A stretch of DNA of 64,000 bases from assembly GCA_019235415.1 (NCBI GenBank), contig JAFAKN010000131.1, forward strand, positions 15,219 to 79,218, in the 5' to 3' direction. The notes beneath the pieces are model-generated. The model did no database searches and was not told where the DNA came from. It saw nothing but the letters and a program-made list of their open reading frames with translations. Origin of the DNA: Alphaproteobacteria bacterium (lineage in GTDB: Bacteria > Pseudomonadota > Alphaproteobacteria > Reyranellales > Reyranellaceae). The position numbers and the translations under genes are program-made. Of this stretch, positions 31,069 through 41,003 are shown piece after piece (positions within the stretch are counted from its first letter, which is position 1; each line of letters begins with the position of its first letter).

Positions 31069-31950
31069 ATGGCGAAGATCGCCTTCATCGGCTTGGGCAA
31101 TATGGGCGGTCCGATGGCCGCCAACCTGGTGAAGGCCCAGCACCAGGTGTTCGCCTTCGACCTGTCGGCGGCGGCTCTGGACGGCGCGATCGACAAGGGC
31201 GCCAAGCAGGCGGCGTCGGCCGCCGAGGCGGTCCAGGGCGCCGAGGTCGTCGTCACCATGCTGCCGGCCGGCAAGCACGTGCGCGAGGTCTACGAGAAGG
31301 ACGTGCTGCCCAATGCCGGCAAGGGCACGCTCCTGATCGACTGCTCGACCATCGACGTCGAGAGCGCGCGCCATGTCGGCGCGCTGGCCGAGAAGGCGGG
31401 CCTCGAGATGATCGATGCGCCGGTGTCGGGCGGCGTGGGCGGTGCCACGGCCGGGACGCTCACCTTCATGGTCGGCGGCAGTGACGCCGCCTTCGCCAAG
31501 GCCAAGCCGATCCTGGAGAAGATGGGCCGCAACATCGTGCACGCCGGCGCCACGGGCAACGGCCAGGCAGCCAAGATCTGCAACAACATGATCCTGGGCG
31601 TGTCAATGATCGCCGTCAGCGAAGGCTTCATGCTGGCCAAGCGCCTGGGCCTCGATGCGCAGAAACTGTTCGACGTCGCCTCGACGTCGTCGGGCCAGTG
31701 CTGGTCGCTCACCAACTATTGCCCGGTGCCGGGGCCGGTGCCGGCATCGCCAGCCAACCGCGACTACCAGGCAGGCTTCACCGCGGCCATGATGCTGAAG
31801 GACCTGCTGCTCGCCCAGCAGGCCGCGTCGGCTGCCGGCGCCACCACGCCGCTCGGCGCGGAGGCGGCGCAGCTCTTCAGCCTCTTCGTCAATTCAGGGC
31901 ATGGCGCGAAGGATTTTTCCGGCATCATCCGCATGCTCGACGGCAAGTGA
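31069..31950 (+). CDS. mmsB: 3-hydroxyisobutyrate dehydrogenase
   Basis: FIGLGNMG, DAPVSGG, AKICNNM, STSSGQCWS, NYCPVPG. Confidence 0.95.
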   Translation: MAKIAFIGLGNMGGPMAANLVKAQHQVFAFDLSAAALDGAIDKGAKQAASAAEAVQGAEVVVTMLPAGKHVREVYEKDVLPNAGKGTLLIDCSTIDVESARHVGALAEKAGLEMIDAPVSGGVGGATAGTLTFMVGGSDAAFAKAKPILEKMGRNIVHAGATGNGQAAKICNNMILGVSMIAVSEGFMLAKRLGLDAQKLFDVASTSSGQCWSLTNYCPVPGPVPASPANRDYQAGFTAAMMLKDLLLAQQAASAAGATTPLGAEAAQLFSLFVNSGHGAKDFSGIIRMLDGK

Positions 31951-31957
31951 GGGACCG

Positions 31958-32644
31958 ATGATCACGCTCTACGACCTCGTGCTCGACGGGGACCGCCGCC
32001 CCAGCCCGTTCTGCTGGCGGGCCAAGCTCGCGCTTCGGCACAAGGGCCTCGACTGGCGCGACGAGCCGGTCGGTTTCACCGAGAAGCACAAGATCGCCTT
32101 CGCGGATTCGCAGCTGGTGCCGGTGATCCATGACGGCACCAAAGTGGTGAAGGACAGCTGGGCGATCGCCAAGCATCTCGAGCAGGCCTATCCCGACAAG
32201 CCGCTGTTCCCCGGCGCCGCGGGCGCTTCGTATGCCCACTTCGTCGTCGGTTGGGTCGATACGGCGGTGCATCCGGCGCTGTTCCCGCTGCTGGTCAGCG
32301 ACCTCTACGAGCGCGTGCGGCCGGTCGACAAACCCTACTTCCAGGAATCGCGCGCCAAGCGGCTGGGCACGACCGACTTCGCCGCCATCCAGGGGATCGC
32401 GCGCGAGACGGGAGTCGCCACGTTCCGCTCGGCGCTGGAGCCGGCACGCCGCGTGCTGCGCGAGCAGGCGTTCCTGTCGGGCGAGCAGCCGGCCTATCCT
32501 GATTATGCGCTGGTCGGCGCTTTCCTGTGGGCGCGTAGCACGACCCCATTCGAATTGCTCGAACCCAGCGATCCGGTGCACGGCTGGCGCGAGCGCATGC
32601 TCGACCTGTTTGACGGGCTGGGCCGCAAGGCCAAGGCGGCGTGA
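31958..32644 (+). CDS. Glutathione S-transferase family (beta-etherase-like)
   Basis: SPFCWRAKLALRHKGL, VPVIHDG, DSWAIA, YPDYA. Confidence 0.85.
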   Translation: MITLYDLVLDGDRRPSPFCWRAKLALRHKGLDWRDEPVGFTEKHKIAFADSQLVPVIHDGTKVVKDSWAIAKHLEQAYPDKPLFPGAAGASYAHFVVGWVDTAVHPALFPLLVSDLYERVRPVDKPYFQESRAKRLGTTDFAAIQGIARETGVATFRSALEPARRVLREQAFLSGEQPAYPDYALVGAFLWARSTTPFELLEPSDPVHGWRERMLDLFDGLGRKAKAA

Positions 32645-33255
32645 CCTACGACGCCGTCATCTTCGACCTGCTGACGGCGCTGCTCGATTCCTGGACGCTG
32701 TGGAATGACGTCGCCGGCTCGACCGACGACGGACTGCACTGGCGGCGGCGCTACCTCGAGCTGACCTACGGCTGCGGTGCCTATCGACCGTACGAGCTCC
32801 TGGTTCGCGAAGCGGCGCGGGAGGCGGGATTGCCGGAACGGCTGGCCGACGAGCTCGAGCGACGCTGGGACGAGTTGCAGCCGTGGCCCGAAGCACGCCA
32901 AGTCCTCGGCGCTCTGCCGGTGCCGCTGGCGGTTGCCACCAATTGCTCGATCAGGCTCGGTGAGCGTGCGGCCAGGCGGGTCGGCGTCCCATTCAAGGCC
33001 GTCATCACGGCCGAGAGCGCCGGCTTTTACAAGCCGCGCCCGGAGCCGTACCGCGCCGTGCTGGCAGCCCTGGGAACCGCGCCTGAACGGACGTTGTTCG
33101 TAGCCGGCTCGGCCTCGGACGTGCCGGGTGCCAAGGCCGTCGGCATGCCGGTCTATTGGCACAACCGCATCGGCCTCGAGGCGCGCGATGCGACGCGGCC
33201 CGATCGTCTCGAGCCGAACCTCGACAAGCTCGCGGAGCTGTTCGCTGCGGGCTAA
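32641..33255 (+). CDS. HAD-superfamily hydrolase
   Basis: VIFDLLTALLDS, YKPRPEPY, FVAGSASDV. Confidence 0.85.
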   Translation: MTYDAVIFDLLTALLDSWTLWNDVAGSTDDGLHWRRRYLELTYGCGAYRPYELLVREAAREAGLPERLADELERRWDELQPWPEARQVLGALPVPLAVATNCSIRLGERAARRVGVPFKAVITAESAGFYKPRPEPYRAVLAALGTAPERTLFVAGSASDVPGAKAVGMPVYWHNRIGLEARDATRPDRLEPNLDKLAELFAAG

Positions 33256-33285
33256 GGTGCGCCGGCAAAAACGGGAGGGGATGGG

Positions 33286-33768
33286 GTGGCGACGGCCGGC
33301 TTCAAGCCTGAGGACCATCGCTTCGGACCGACGCACTGGTTCGAGGACCTGAAGCTTGGCCAGAAGTTTTACGTCAACTCACGCACCCAGACCGAATCGC
33401 TGTTCGCGGCCTTCCAGCTGGCCAGCGGCGACAACCATCCGATCCATTACGACCGCGAGTACTGCCGCGCCCGTGGCCACCGTGACATGCTGGCGCACGG
33501 CCTGCAGGTCGCGATCCAGGGCGCCGCTGGAGCGGGGATCTTCCCGCATGTGATCGGCGATTCGCTGGTCGGCTTCCTCGAGCAGTCCTCGCGCTTCTTG
33601 AAGCCGGTCTATTGCGGCGACACGCTCTATCCCTTGCTCGAGGTGAGCGAGCTGACGCCGGGCCGCACGACCGGCGTTGTGAGGTTGCGGCTCACCATCC
33701 ATAACCAGAACGGCGAACTGGTTTGCGACGGAGAACACAAGTACCTTGTGAAAAAGCGGCCGCAGTAG
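33286..33768 (+). CDS. MaoC family dehydratase
   Basis: FEDLKLG, SGDNHPIHYD, FLKPVYCGDTL. Confidence 0.85.
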   Translation: MATAGFKPEDHRFGPTHWFEDLKLGQKFYVNSRTQTESLFAAFQLASGDNHPIHYDREYCRARGHRDMLAHGLQVAIQGAAGAGIFPHVIGDSLVGFLEQSSRFLKPVYCGDTLYPLLEVSELTPGRTTGVVRLRLTIHNQNGELVCDGEHKYLVKKRPQ

Positions 33769-33781
33769 GGGGATTACGGAC

Positions 33782-34066
33782 ATGCTGGGAATCATCGCCA
33801 AGCTCACCATCAAGCCCGGCACCAACGCCGAGTTCGAAGCGGCCATGAAGGCCCTGCAGGCCAAGGTGCGGGCCGACGAACCGGGCAACAAGCTCTACGC
33901 CCTGCACAAGACCGACGATGCCAACATCTACGTCATGCTGGAGCGTTACGACGATCAGGCCGCACTGGAAGCCCATCGCGCCGCACCGCACTTCAAGGAG
34001 CTCGGCCGCAAGCTCGGCGACTACCTCGCCGGGCGGCCGGAGGTGCAGGTCATGCAGGAGGTTTGA
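33782..34066 (+). CDS. Antibiotic biosynthesis monooxygenase family protein
   Basis: EPGNKLY, ERYDDQAALEAHRAAPHF. Confidence 0.85.
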   Translation: MLGIIAKLTIKPGTNAEFEAAMKALQAKVRADEPGNKLYALHKTDDANIYVMLERYDDQAALEAHRAAPHFKELGRKLGDYLAGRPEVQVMQEV

Positions 34067-34089
34067 CGCCTCCCGCGTCGTTGGCGATC

Positions 34090-35157
34090 ATGGACGGCCT
34101 GGTTCACCGCCATACCAAGCCCGGCACCGCGCCCGGCCTGCTCGCCGGGCGGGCGCCGGTGCCGGACGAGGCGCTCGACTTCACCCTGGTGGAGTACACA
34201 CCGGAGGACGTGCAGGTGCTGCACGGCGTGGAGGTCGACGAGTGCCGCTTCCATCTCGGCACGCCCGGCCGCACCTGGATCGATGTTGCCGGGCGGCCGA
34301 GCTCGGACATGCTGCGCGACCTCGGCATGGCCTTCAACCTGCATCCCTTGGCGCTGGAGGATGTCTTCCACGCCCATCAGCGCAGCAAGCTCGACCTCTA
34401 CGAGGGCCAGGGCTTCATCGTGCTGAACGACCCCTCGTACGAGGCGGGCGAGCTCCTGTCGCGGCAGGTCAGCATCTTCTTCGGCGAGAACTACGTGATC
34501 TCGTTTCACGATCACAAGCAGGACGTCTTCAAGCCGGTGCGCGACCGGCTGCAGATGGCGGGCTCCCGGCTGCGCACGTTTGGTATCGACTATTTGGTGT
34601 ATGCGCTGATCGATCTGGTGGTCGACCGCAAGTTCCCCATCATCGAGACGCTGTCGAGCCATGTCGAGGAGCTCGAGGACGAAGCGCTCGAAAGCCCCAC
34701 GACCCACACGTTGAACCGAATCCATCAGGCGCGGCGGGTGCTGATCGCTTTCCATCGCATCGAATGGGCCGAGCGCGAGACGGTGCTGGCGATCATGCGG
34801 CCCGAGGTGCCGTTCATCATGCCCGAGACGCGCACCTACCTGCGCGACTGCTTCGACCATGCCGTGGCAGTGCTCGACCTGGTCGAGAGCTACCGCGAAA
34901 TGACCAACGGTCTCATGGAAGTCTACCTCATGCATGCGTCCAACCGCATGAACGAGGTGATGAAGACCATGGCCATCATCACCGTGTTCTTCATGCCGCT
35001 CAGCTTCCTGGCCGGCGTCTACGGCATGAACTTCGAGCGCGACCTCGGCAACATGCCGGAGCTCGGCTGGAGGTACGGCTACGAGCTGTTCTGGGTGATC
35101 GTCGTGGTCATCGTGCTCGGCCTGTGGGGATGGCTGCGGCGCAAGAAGTGGATCTGA
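34090..35157 (+). CDS. corA: Magnesium/cobalt transporter CorA
   Basis: HPLALED, QRSKLD, GVYGMNF signature, MPEL. Confidence 0.93.
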   Translation: MDGLVHRHTKPGTAPGLLAGRAPVPDEALDFTLVEYTPEDVQVLHGVEVDECRFHLGTPGRTWIDVAGRPSSDMLRDLGMAFNLHPLALEDVFHAHQRSKLDLYEGQGFIVLNDPSYEAGELLSRQVSIFFGENYVISFHDHKQDVFKPVRDRLQMAGSRLRTFGIDYLVYALIDLVVDRKFPIIETLSSHVEELEDEALESPTTHTLNRIHQARRVLIAFHRIEWAERETVLAIMRPEVPFIMPETRTYLRDCFDHAVAVLDLVESYREMTNGLMEVYLMHASNRMNEVMKTMAIITVFFMPLSFLAGVYGMNFERDLGNMPELGWRYGYELFWVIVVVIVLGLWGWLRRKKWI

Positions 35158-35162
35158 AACGC

Positions 35163-36155
35163 ATGAGCACATTCCGTATCTTCGGCTCGGAGCTGTCGCC
35201 CTACTCGGTGAAGGTGCGCTCCTACTTCCGCTACAAGAACCTGCCGCACGAATGGATTCCGCGCTCGCCCGCCGTGCAAGGCGAATTCCAAAAATACGCC
35301 AAGCTGCCCTTGGTGCCGCTGGTGGTGACGCCGGATGGCGAGGGAGTTCAGGATTCGACGCCGATCATCGAGCGCTTCGAGGCCTTGCATCCCGAGCCGT
35401 CGATCGTGCCGGAGGACGCCGCGCTGTCCTTCGTCTCGGCGCTGCTCGAGGAGTACGGCGACGAGTGGGGCAACAAGTGGATGTTCCACTACCGCTGGCA
35501 CTACGCGCCCGACGCCTGGGCGACCGCCGAGCGCATCGCCCTGCAGATGGCCGGCGCCCAGGGTACGCTGGCGGTGGCACAGGCGCGCACAGCCGTCGCC
35601 GAACGCATGACCGGGCGGCTGGGCTTCGTGGGCTCCAACGAGCGCACGAAGCCCGTGATCGAGGCATCGTTCCAGCGGGCGCTGGCGCTCCTCGAAGCGC
35701 ACCTGCAGGCACGACCCTATGTGCTGGGCGCCCGGCCGGCGATGGCCGACTTCGGCCTGTGGGGTCAGTTCTACGAGGCGGCCACCGACCCGACGCCGGG
35801 TGCACTGATGCGCGCGTCGGCGCCGAAGGTTATGGCGTGGGTCGGCCGCATGGTGTCGCCGAAGGCGGAGGGGCCGTTCGAGAGTTGGCAGGCTTTGGCA
35901 CCGACGCTGCTGCCGCTGCTGCAGCAGGAGGTGGCTGCGCTGTTCCTGCCCTGGTCGACGGCCAACGCTCAGGCGATCGAGCGCGGCGACAAGAGCTTCG
36001 AGGCGAGCCTCGCCGGCACTACCTGGATGCAGGAGCCACAGAAATACCATGCGCGTTCTCTCGCCGAGATCCGTCGCAAGTACGTAGTGGCAAAGGACGC
36101 GCCAGGGTTGGACCAGATCCTGAAGGACAGCGGCTGCTTAGCCTATTTGTCGTGA
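35163..36155 (+). CDS. Glutathione S-transferase family protein
   Basis: SPYSVKVRSY, QDSTPII, DEWGNKWMF, MADFG. Confidence 0.85.
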   Translation: MSTFRIFGSELSPYSVKVRSYFRYKNLPHEWIPRSPAVQGEFQKYAKLPLVPLVVTPDGEGVQDSTPIIERFEALHPEPSIVPEDAALSFVSALLEEYGDEWGNKWMFHYRWHYAPDAWATAERIALQMAGAQGTLAVAQARTAVAERMTGRLGFVGSNERTKPVIEASFQRALALLEAHLQARPYVLGARPAMADFGLWGQFYEAATDPTPGALMRASAPKVMAWVGRMVSPKAEGPFESWQALAPTLLPLLQQEVAALFLPWSTANAQAIERGDKSFEASLAGTTWMQEPQKYHARSLAEIRRKYVVAKDAPGLDQILKDSGCLAYLS

Positions 36156-36207
36156 GCTCGTAATGGAGCGCACAAGGCAACTAAGCCGGCGGCGGCGCTG
36201 CCGCGGT

Positions 36208-36954
36208 TCACCTGAGTCCCGTGACGATCAGCGACGCGCCGGAAAAGCCGAGCAGCACCAGCACGAGACGGCGGAAGCCGCGTTCGCCGATCCGGCCGTA
36301 GAGCAGCAGGCCGAGCCGGGCGCCGACGATGGTGGTCGGCAACGCGATGATCGCCCACACGAGGTACTGCCGGTCGAGCAGGTCGGCCACCGCCGCCGAC
36401 ACCAGGGCCGTCGCCAGGATCGCCATGTTGAACGGCTGGTTGACGCCGCGCTGCTCGTCCCGCGACCAGCCGCGCAGCTGGACCCAGATCACGGGCGCGG
36501 GGCCACTCAAGCTCGCCATGCCGCCCATCACGCCGCCTAAAAATCCCGCGGCGGCATCGGCCAGGCGGCCGCCGCCCGTGATGGTGGGGGGCCGGCGAAC
36601 CAGGCCCATCCAGCTGCTGTAGACGATCAGCAGCAGGCCGACGCCGAGCTTGAGGGGCGGCACCGACACGCGCTCCAGCAGCAGGGTGCCCAGCGGCACG
36701 CCCAAGAGGCCCGCGAGCAGGAACGGCCACAGTCGCGGCCAGCGCACGCCATGCCAGATCGAAGGCAGCGACTGGACATGGCCCAGCACCGAGCATAGCG
36801 CCACGAGAGGCGCGGCGTGGACGGGACTCATGGCCTGCAGCCAAAAGCCCAGCGACACCAGGGCATAGCCGGTGCCGGTCAGACCGTTGACGAAACCCCC
36901 GACCATCGCGCCGGCAATGACGACGGCGATGTCGCCGGGGGGCGGCAGGGTCAA
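36208..36954 (-). CDS. Sulfite exporter TauE/SafE family protein
   Basis: GGFVNGLTGTG, multi-TM, GGMASLSGP. Confidence 0.85.
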   Translation of the reverse strand: MTLPPPGDIAVVIAGAMVGGFVNGLTGTGYALVSLGFWLQAMSPVHAAPLVALCSVLGHVQSLPSIWHGVRWPRLWPFLLAGLLGVPLGTLLLERVSVPPLKLGVGLLLIVYSSWMGLVRRPPTITGGGRLADAAAGFLGGVMGGMASLSGPAPVIWVQLRGWSRDEQRGVNQPFNMAILATALVSAAVADLLDRQYLVWAIIALPTTIVGARLGLLLYGRIGERGFRRLVLVLLGFSGASLIVTGLR

Positions 36955-36958
36955 GCGC

Positions 36959-38194
36959 TCAGGCTCCGGCGGTGAACGCCTGGATGCCGGTCATGGCGCG
37001 GCCGAGAATCAGCGCGTGCACGTCGTGCGTGCCCTCGTAGGTGTTGACCGCTTCGAGGTTCATGACGTGGCGGATCACGTGGTACTCGTCGCTCACGCCG
37101 TTGCCGCCGTGCATGTCGCGCGCCACCCGGGCGATCTCCAGTGCCTTGCCGCAGCTGTTGCGCTTGATCAGCGAGATCATCTCGGGCTGGGCGTGGCCTG
37201 CGTCCTTCAGGCGGCCGACCCGCAGGCAGGCCTGCAGGCCGATCGAGATCTCGGTCTGCATGTCGGCGAGCTTCTTCTGGATCAGCTGGTTGGCGGCCAG
37301 CGGCCGGCCGAACTGCTTGCGGTCGAGGGTGTAGTTGCGCGCCTGCTTCCAGCAAAATTCCGCGGCACCCAGCGCGCCCCAGGCGATGCCGTAGCGCGCG
37401 TTGTTGAGGCAGCCGAACGGACCGCCCAGGCCCGACACGCTGGGCAACAGGTTCTCGGCCGGCACGAACACCTCGTCCATCATGATGGCGCCGGTGACCG
37501 AGGCGCGCAGGCTGAACTTGCCTTCGATCTTGGGCGTCGCGAGACCCTTGAAGCCGCGCTCCAGGATGAAGCCGCGGATGGCGCCGCCGTCGAGCTTCGC
37601 CCACACCACCAGCACGTCGGCGATCGGCGAGTTGGTGATCCACATCTTGGAGCCCGAGACCTTGAAGCCGCCCGGCGCCGTGACGGCGCGGGTCTTCATG
37701 CCGCCGGGGTCAGAGCCATGGTCGGGCTCGGTGAGGCCGAAACAGCCGACCCATTCGCCCGACGCGAGCTTGGGCAGGTACTTCTGGCGCTGCTCCTCGG
37801 TGCCGTAGGCAAAGATCGGATGCATGACCAGCGAGGACTGCACGCTCATCGCCGATCGGTAACCCGAGTCGACCCGCTCCACCTCGCGCGCGATCAGCCC
37901 ATAGGTCGTGTAGTTGGTGGCGGCACAGCCATACTTTTCCGGCAGGGTCGAGCCGAGCAGTCCCAGTGCCCCCATCTCGTTCATGATCTCGCGATGGAAC
38001 TTCTCGTGCCGGTTGGCCTCGAGCACCCGCGGCATCAGCTTGTCCTGGCAGTAGTCGCGTGCCGCGTCGCGGATGGCGATCTCCTCCTCGCTCAGCTGGT
38101 CGTCTAGGAAGAAAGGGTCCTCCCAGTCGAACGGCTTGGCGTCGGCGCTGATGCCCTTGGCGGCGCTCTTGAGCGTGGTGGCGACGGGCGACAT
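36959..38194 (-). CDS. gcdH: Glutaryl-CoA dehydrogenase
   Basis: [43 protein letters not shown]. Confidence 0.93.
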   Translation of the reverse strand: MSPVATTLKSAAKGISADAKPFDWEDPFFLDDQLSEEEIAIRDAARDYCQDKLMPRVLEANRHEKFHREIMNEMGALGLLGSTLPEKYGCAATNYTTYGLIAREVERVDSGYRSAMSVQSSLVMHPIFAYGTEEQRQKYLPKLASGEWVGCFGLTEPDHGSDPGGMKTRAVTAPGGFKVSGSKMWITNSPIADVLVVWAKLDGGAIRGFILERGFKGLATPKIEGKFSLRASVTGAIMMDEVFVPAENLLPSVSGLGGPFGCLNNARYGIAWGALGAAEFCWKQARNYTLDRKQFGRPLAANQLIQKKLADMQTEISIGLQACLRVGRLKDAGHAQPEMISLIKRNSCGKALEIARVARDMHGGNGVSDEYHVIRHVMNLEAVNTYEGTHDVHALILGRAMTGIQAFTAGA

Positions 38195-38226
38195 GGTTTT
38201 CTCCTGGCCTGTTCGCCCGCGTCTTA

Positions 38227-39024
38227 TCAGGCACTCGGGGCGTCGCCAACCCGCCCGGTCAACGCATTAAAAATGGCGAGATTGAGCTTCCCGAATGCCT
38301 CGGACGCGCGGACTTCCACGGTGCGCGGCCGCGGCAGGCCGATCCGCAGATCGGCGGCGATGCGGCCCGGGCGAGGGGACATCACGACGACGCGGTCGGA
38401 CAGGAACACCGCCTCGGCGATCGAATGGGTGACGAACAGCACCGTCTTGCGCGCTTCGCGGCCGAGGTCACGCTCGCCCCAGATGCGCAAAAGCTCGAGC
38501 GCCATGTCGTCGCGCGTCATGGCGTCCAGTGCCCCGAACGGCTCGTCCATCAAGAGCAGCGGCGGATCGAGCAGCAAGGCGCGACACAGGGCGGCACGCT
38601 GCTGCATGCCGCCCGACAGCTCGCGCGGCAGCCTGTCGCCGAAGCCCTTTAGCCCGGCCATGTCGAGCAGCTGCTCGGCGCGACCCCGCAGACTCGCCGG
38701 GTTCTTCCCGGCGAGCTCGGCGGGCAGCAGCACGTTCTGCAGGATCGACCGCCACTTCAGCAGCACCGGCGCCTGGAACACCATGCCGACGTCGGCGACG
38801 GGTTGGCGTACGGCGCGACCGGCGACAGTGACGGTGCCGACGGTCGCGGGCCGCAAGCCGGCCACGATGCGCAACAGCGTGGACTTGCCGCAGCCGCTGG
38901 GGCCCACCAGCGAGACGAACTCGCCGGCGCCGACCTCGAGCGTGATGCCGGCGAGCGCCGCGACCGGGCCGCTCGCCCCCTGATACATCATGCCGACCCG
39001 GTCGAGGGCGATCAGCTCCCGCAA
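38227..39024 (-). CDS. NitT/TauT family ABC ATP-binding protein
   Basis: [26 protein letters not shown]; TTG start directly after a repeat. Confidence 0.9.
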   Translation of the reverse strand: MRELIALDRVGMMYQGASGPVAALAGITLEVGAGEFVSLVGPSGCGKSTLLRIVAGLRPATVGTVTVAGRAVRQPVADVGMVFQAPVLLKWRSILQNVLLPAELAGKNPASLRGRAEQLLDMAGLKGFGDRLPRELSGGMQQRAALCRALLLDPPLLLMDEPFGALDAMTRDDMALELLRIWGERDLGREARKTVLFVTHSIAEAVFLSDRVVVMSPRPGRIAADLRIGLPRPRTVEVRASEAFGKLNLAIFNALTGRVGDAPSA

Positions 39025-39025
39025 C

Positions 39026-39094
39026 TGTCACCCCGAGCGAAGCGAGGGGCCTTTGAGGGCCCACGAAAGGTCCCTCGCTGCGCTCGGGATGACA
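39026..39094. repeat. REP-like family A copy inside the ABC operon
   Basis: TGTCACCCCGAGCG...CGCTCGGGATGACA. Confidence 0.9.
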
Positions 39095-39112
39095 GGAGGT
39101 GCGCGGCGTTCA

Positions 39113-40099
39113 CTACTGCGGCATCGCCACCTTGGTGTAAAAATCGGTCGTGTAGACGTCCTTGCACGCGACCTTCTTGGGCAGACCCATGTAGGTGTTC
39201 ACGAGATCGACCGAGTCGCACATCTTCTTCTCGTCGATCCAGCCGATGCCGTTGTTGGCATAGCGCTCGGTCTTCATCAGCCCCAGCCCGATCATCATGT
39301 TGGGCGTCATGGTTTCGACGTCGACCTCCGGCACGTGCTTCTTGAAGATCGCCATCGAGCCCTGCGGGTCGGCCATGACGTCGCGCCAGCCCATGTAGGA
39401 GGCTTCGAGGAAGGCCTTCAGGACGGCCGGGCGCTCCATCATGGTCTTGGCGCTGGCGATGATCGACATCGAATACATGTCGAAGCCGAAGTCGGCCCAC
39501 GGCATCATCTGCACGTTGCCCTTGCCCGCGGCCTTTTCGTAAAGCGGCAGGCCGGTCGAGTAGTCGCCGACGCCGTCCATGCGCTTCTCGGCCACGGCCG
39601 CGATCTTGGCGGTCGGTTCGATGTTCACCCAGGTGACTTTGCTGGCATCGACGCTGTTCACCTTGGCGAAGGCGGGAAACATCTGGCGCTGGCTGTCGCC
39701 AGGCGGCGCGCCCAGCGTCTTGCCCTCGAGATCCTTGGGTTTGGCGAGCGGGGCGCTCTTGAGGCTGAAGATGTTGAGCGGCGTCTTGTCGAACACCATG
39801 CTGACGGTCTTGACGGTCGTGCCGCGGCCCACCGAGGCGATCACCACGGCGGCATCGGCAAGCCCCGCATCGGCGCGGCCGGTGTCGACCTTGGCGATGG
39901 AATCGCCCGAGCCCTTGGAGTTCTCCAAGGTCACATCGAGCCCCTTGGCCTTGTAGTAGCCCTTGTCGAGCGCCACCCAATAGGCGGCGTGGTCGCCGAC
40001 GGCGAACCAGTTCAGGGCGAAGTTGAATTTCTCCTCGGCTGAGGCCGTGGCGGCGCCGGCAAGCCAGGCGGCGAGCGCCAGTGCGATCGTGCGTTTCAT
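39113..40099 (-). CDS. NitT/TauT (NMT1/THI5-like) substrate-binding protein
   Basis: Signal peptide; LNWF..GDH, KGYYKAKGLDV, PKDLEGK. Confidence 0.88.
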   Translation of the reverse strand: MKRTIALALAAWLAGAATASAEEKFNFALNWFAVGDHAAYWVALDKGYYKAKGLDVTLENSKGSGDSIAKVDTGRADAGLADAAVVIASVGRGTTVKTVSMVFDKTPLNIFSLKSAPLAKPKDLEGKTLGAPPGDSQRQMFPAFAKVNSVDASKVTWVNIEPTAKIAAVAEKRMDGVGDYSTGLPLYEKAAGKGNVQMMPWADFGFDMYSMSIIASAKTMMERPAVLKAFLEASYMGWRDVMADPQGSMAIFKKHVPEVDVETMTPNMMIGLGLMKTERYANNGIGWIDEKKMCDSVDLVNTYMGLPKKVACKDVYTTDFYTKVAMPQ

Positions 40100-40127
40100 C
40101 GTTGCTCTCTTTCCCTTCCCCGTTCCC

Positions 40128-40895
40128 CTAGTCGACGCCCTCGGCCCACGGCGCCCACAGCTGCGCCGCCAGCACGACGGCGCCGTACAGCACCAGCCCC
40201 ACGACCGAGATCCAGATCAGGGAGGCGAACGCCACCGAGGTGTTCATGCTGCTCTGGGTGGTGACGATGACGTAGCCCAGGCCCCGCTGCGAGGCGACGA
40301 ACTCGCCGACGATGGCCCCGACCACCGCCGCGGTCGCGGTGATCTTGAGCGCGCTCAGGATGTAAGGCAGCGCATTGGGAATGCGGATCTTGGCGAAGAT
40401 CTTCCACTTCGGTGCGTTGAACACGCGGCCGAGATCGAGCATGTCGGCCTCGACCTGGCTCAGGCCCACCGCGGTGTTGATCACCACCGGAAAGAAGCCG
40501 ATCAACGCGCCCATCAGCATGTTGGGAAAGATGCCGTAGCCCATCCAGATCAGGAACAGGGGTGCGATCGCCACCTTGGGCAGGGTGTTGACGAACACCA
40601 GGAACGGCACCAGCGCGTTGGCCAGCAGTGGCGACCAGGCGATCGCCACGCCGAGCGCGACGCCGACGCCGGCGGCCAGCACGAAGGCGCCGATGATCTC
40701 GAAGGTCGTGGTCCAAAGGTGCTGTGCCCATGGCGTGTCGCCGTGCCACAGGGCGGCCCACACCGAGGCCGGCGAGGGCAGCAGATACTCGCGGATACCG
40801 CCGGCGCTGACGGCGATCTGCCAGCTCGCGAGCAGCAAGGCGAACAGGCCCAGGGTCGGCCAGTACTGGCGGCCGAGGCGCGCCAGGTTCGTCAT
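40128..40895 (-). CDS. NitT/TauT family ABC permease
   Basis: LLPSP, PKVAIAPLF, FFPVVINT, IVGEF. Confidence 0.9.
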   Translation of the reverse strand: MTNLARLGRQYWPTLGLFALLLASWQIAVSAGGIREYLLPSPASVWAALWHGDTPWAQHLWTTTFEIIGAFVLAAGVGVALGVAIAWSPLLANALVPFLVFVNTLPKVAIAPLFLIWMGYGIFPNMLMGALIGFFPVVINTAVGLSQVEADMLDLGRVFNAPKWKIFAKIRIPNALPYILSALKITATAAVVGAIVGEFVASQRGLGYVIVTTQSSMNTSVAFASLIWISVVGLVLYGAVVLAAQLWAPWAEGVD

Positions 40896-41003
40896 ACGTC
40901 ACGGGCGATGAATCGCTTCACCGCTTTGGTCCTGCTGATATCATGCCCCACAATGCAGTCAGACTGACGAACGTGGTTTGGGGCGTCAAGGCAGAGGATC
41001 ACC

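Noticed and set aside
40896-41003. TPP riboswitch upstream of the NMT1/THI5-like ABC operon
   Set aside because: No CUGAGA core or TPP stem pattern visible
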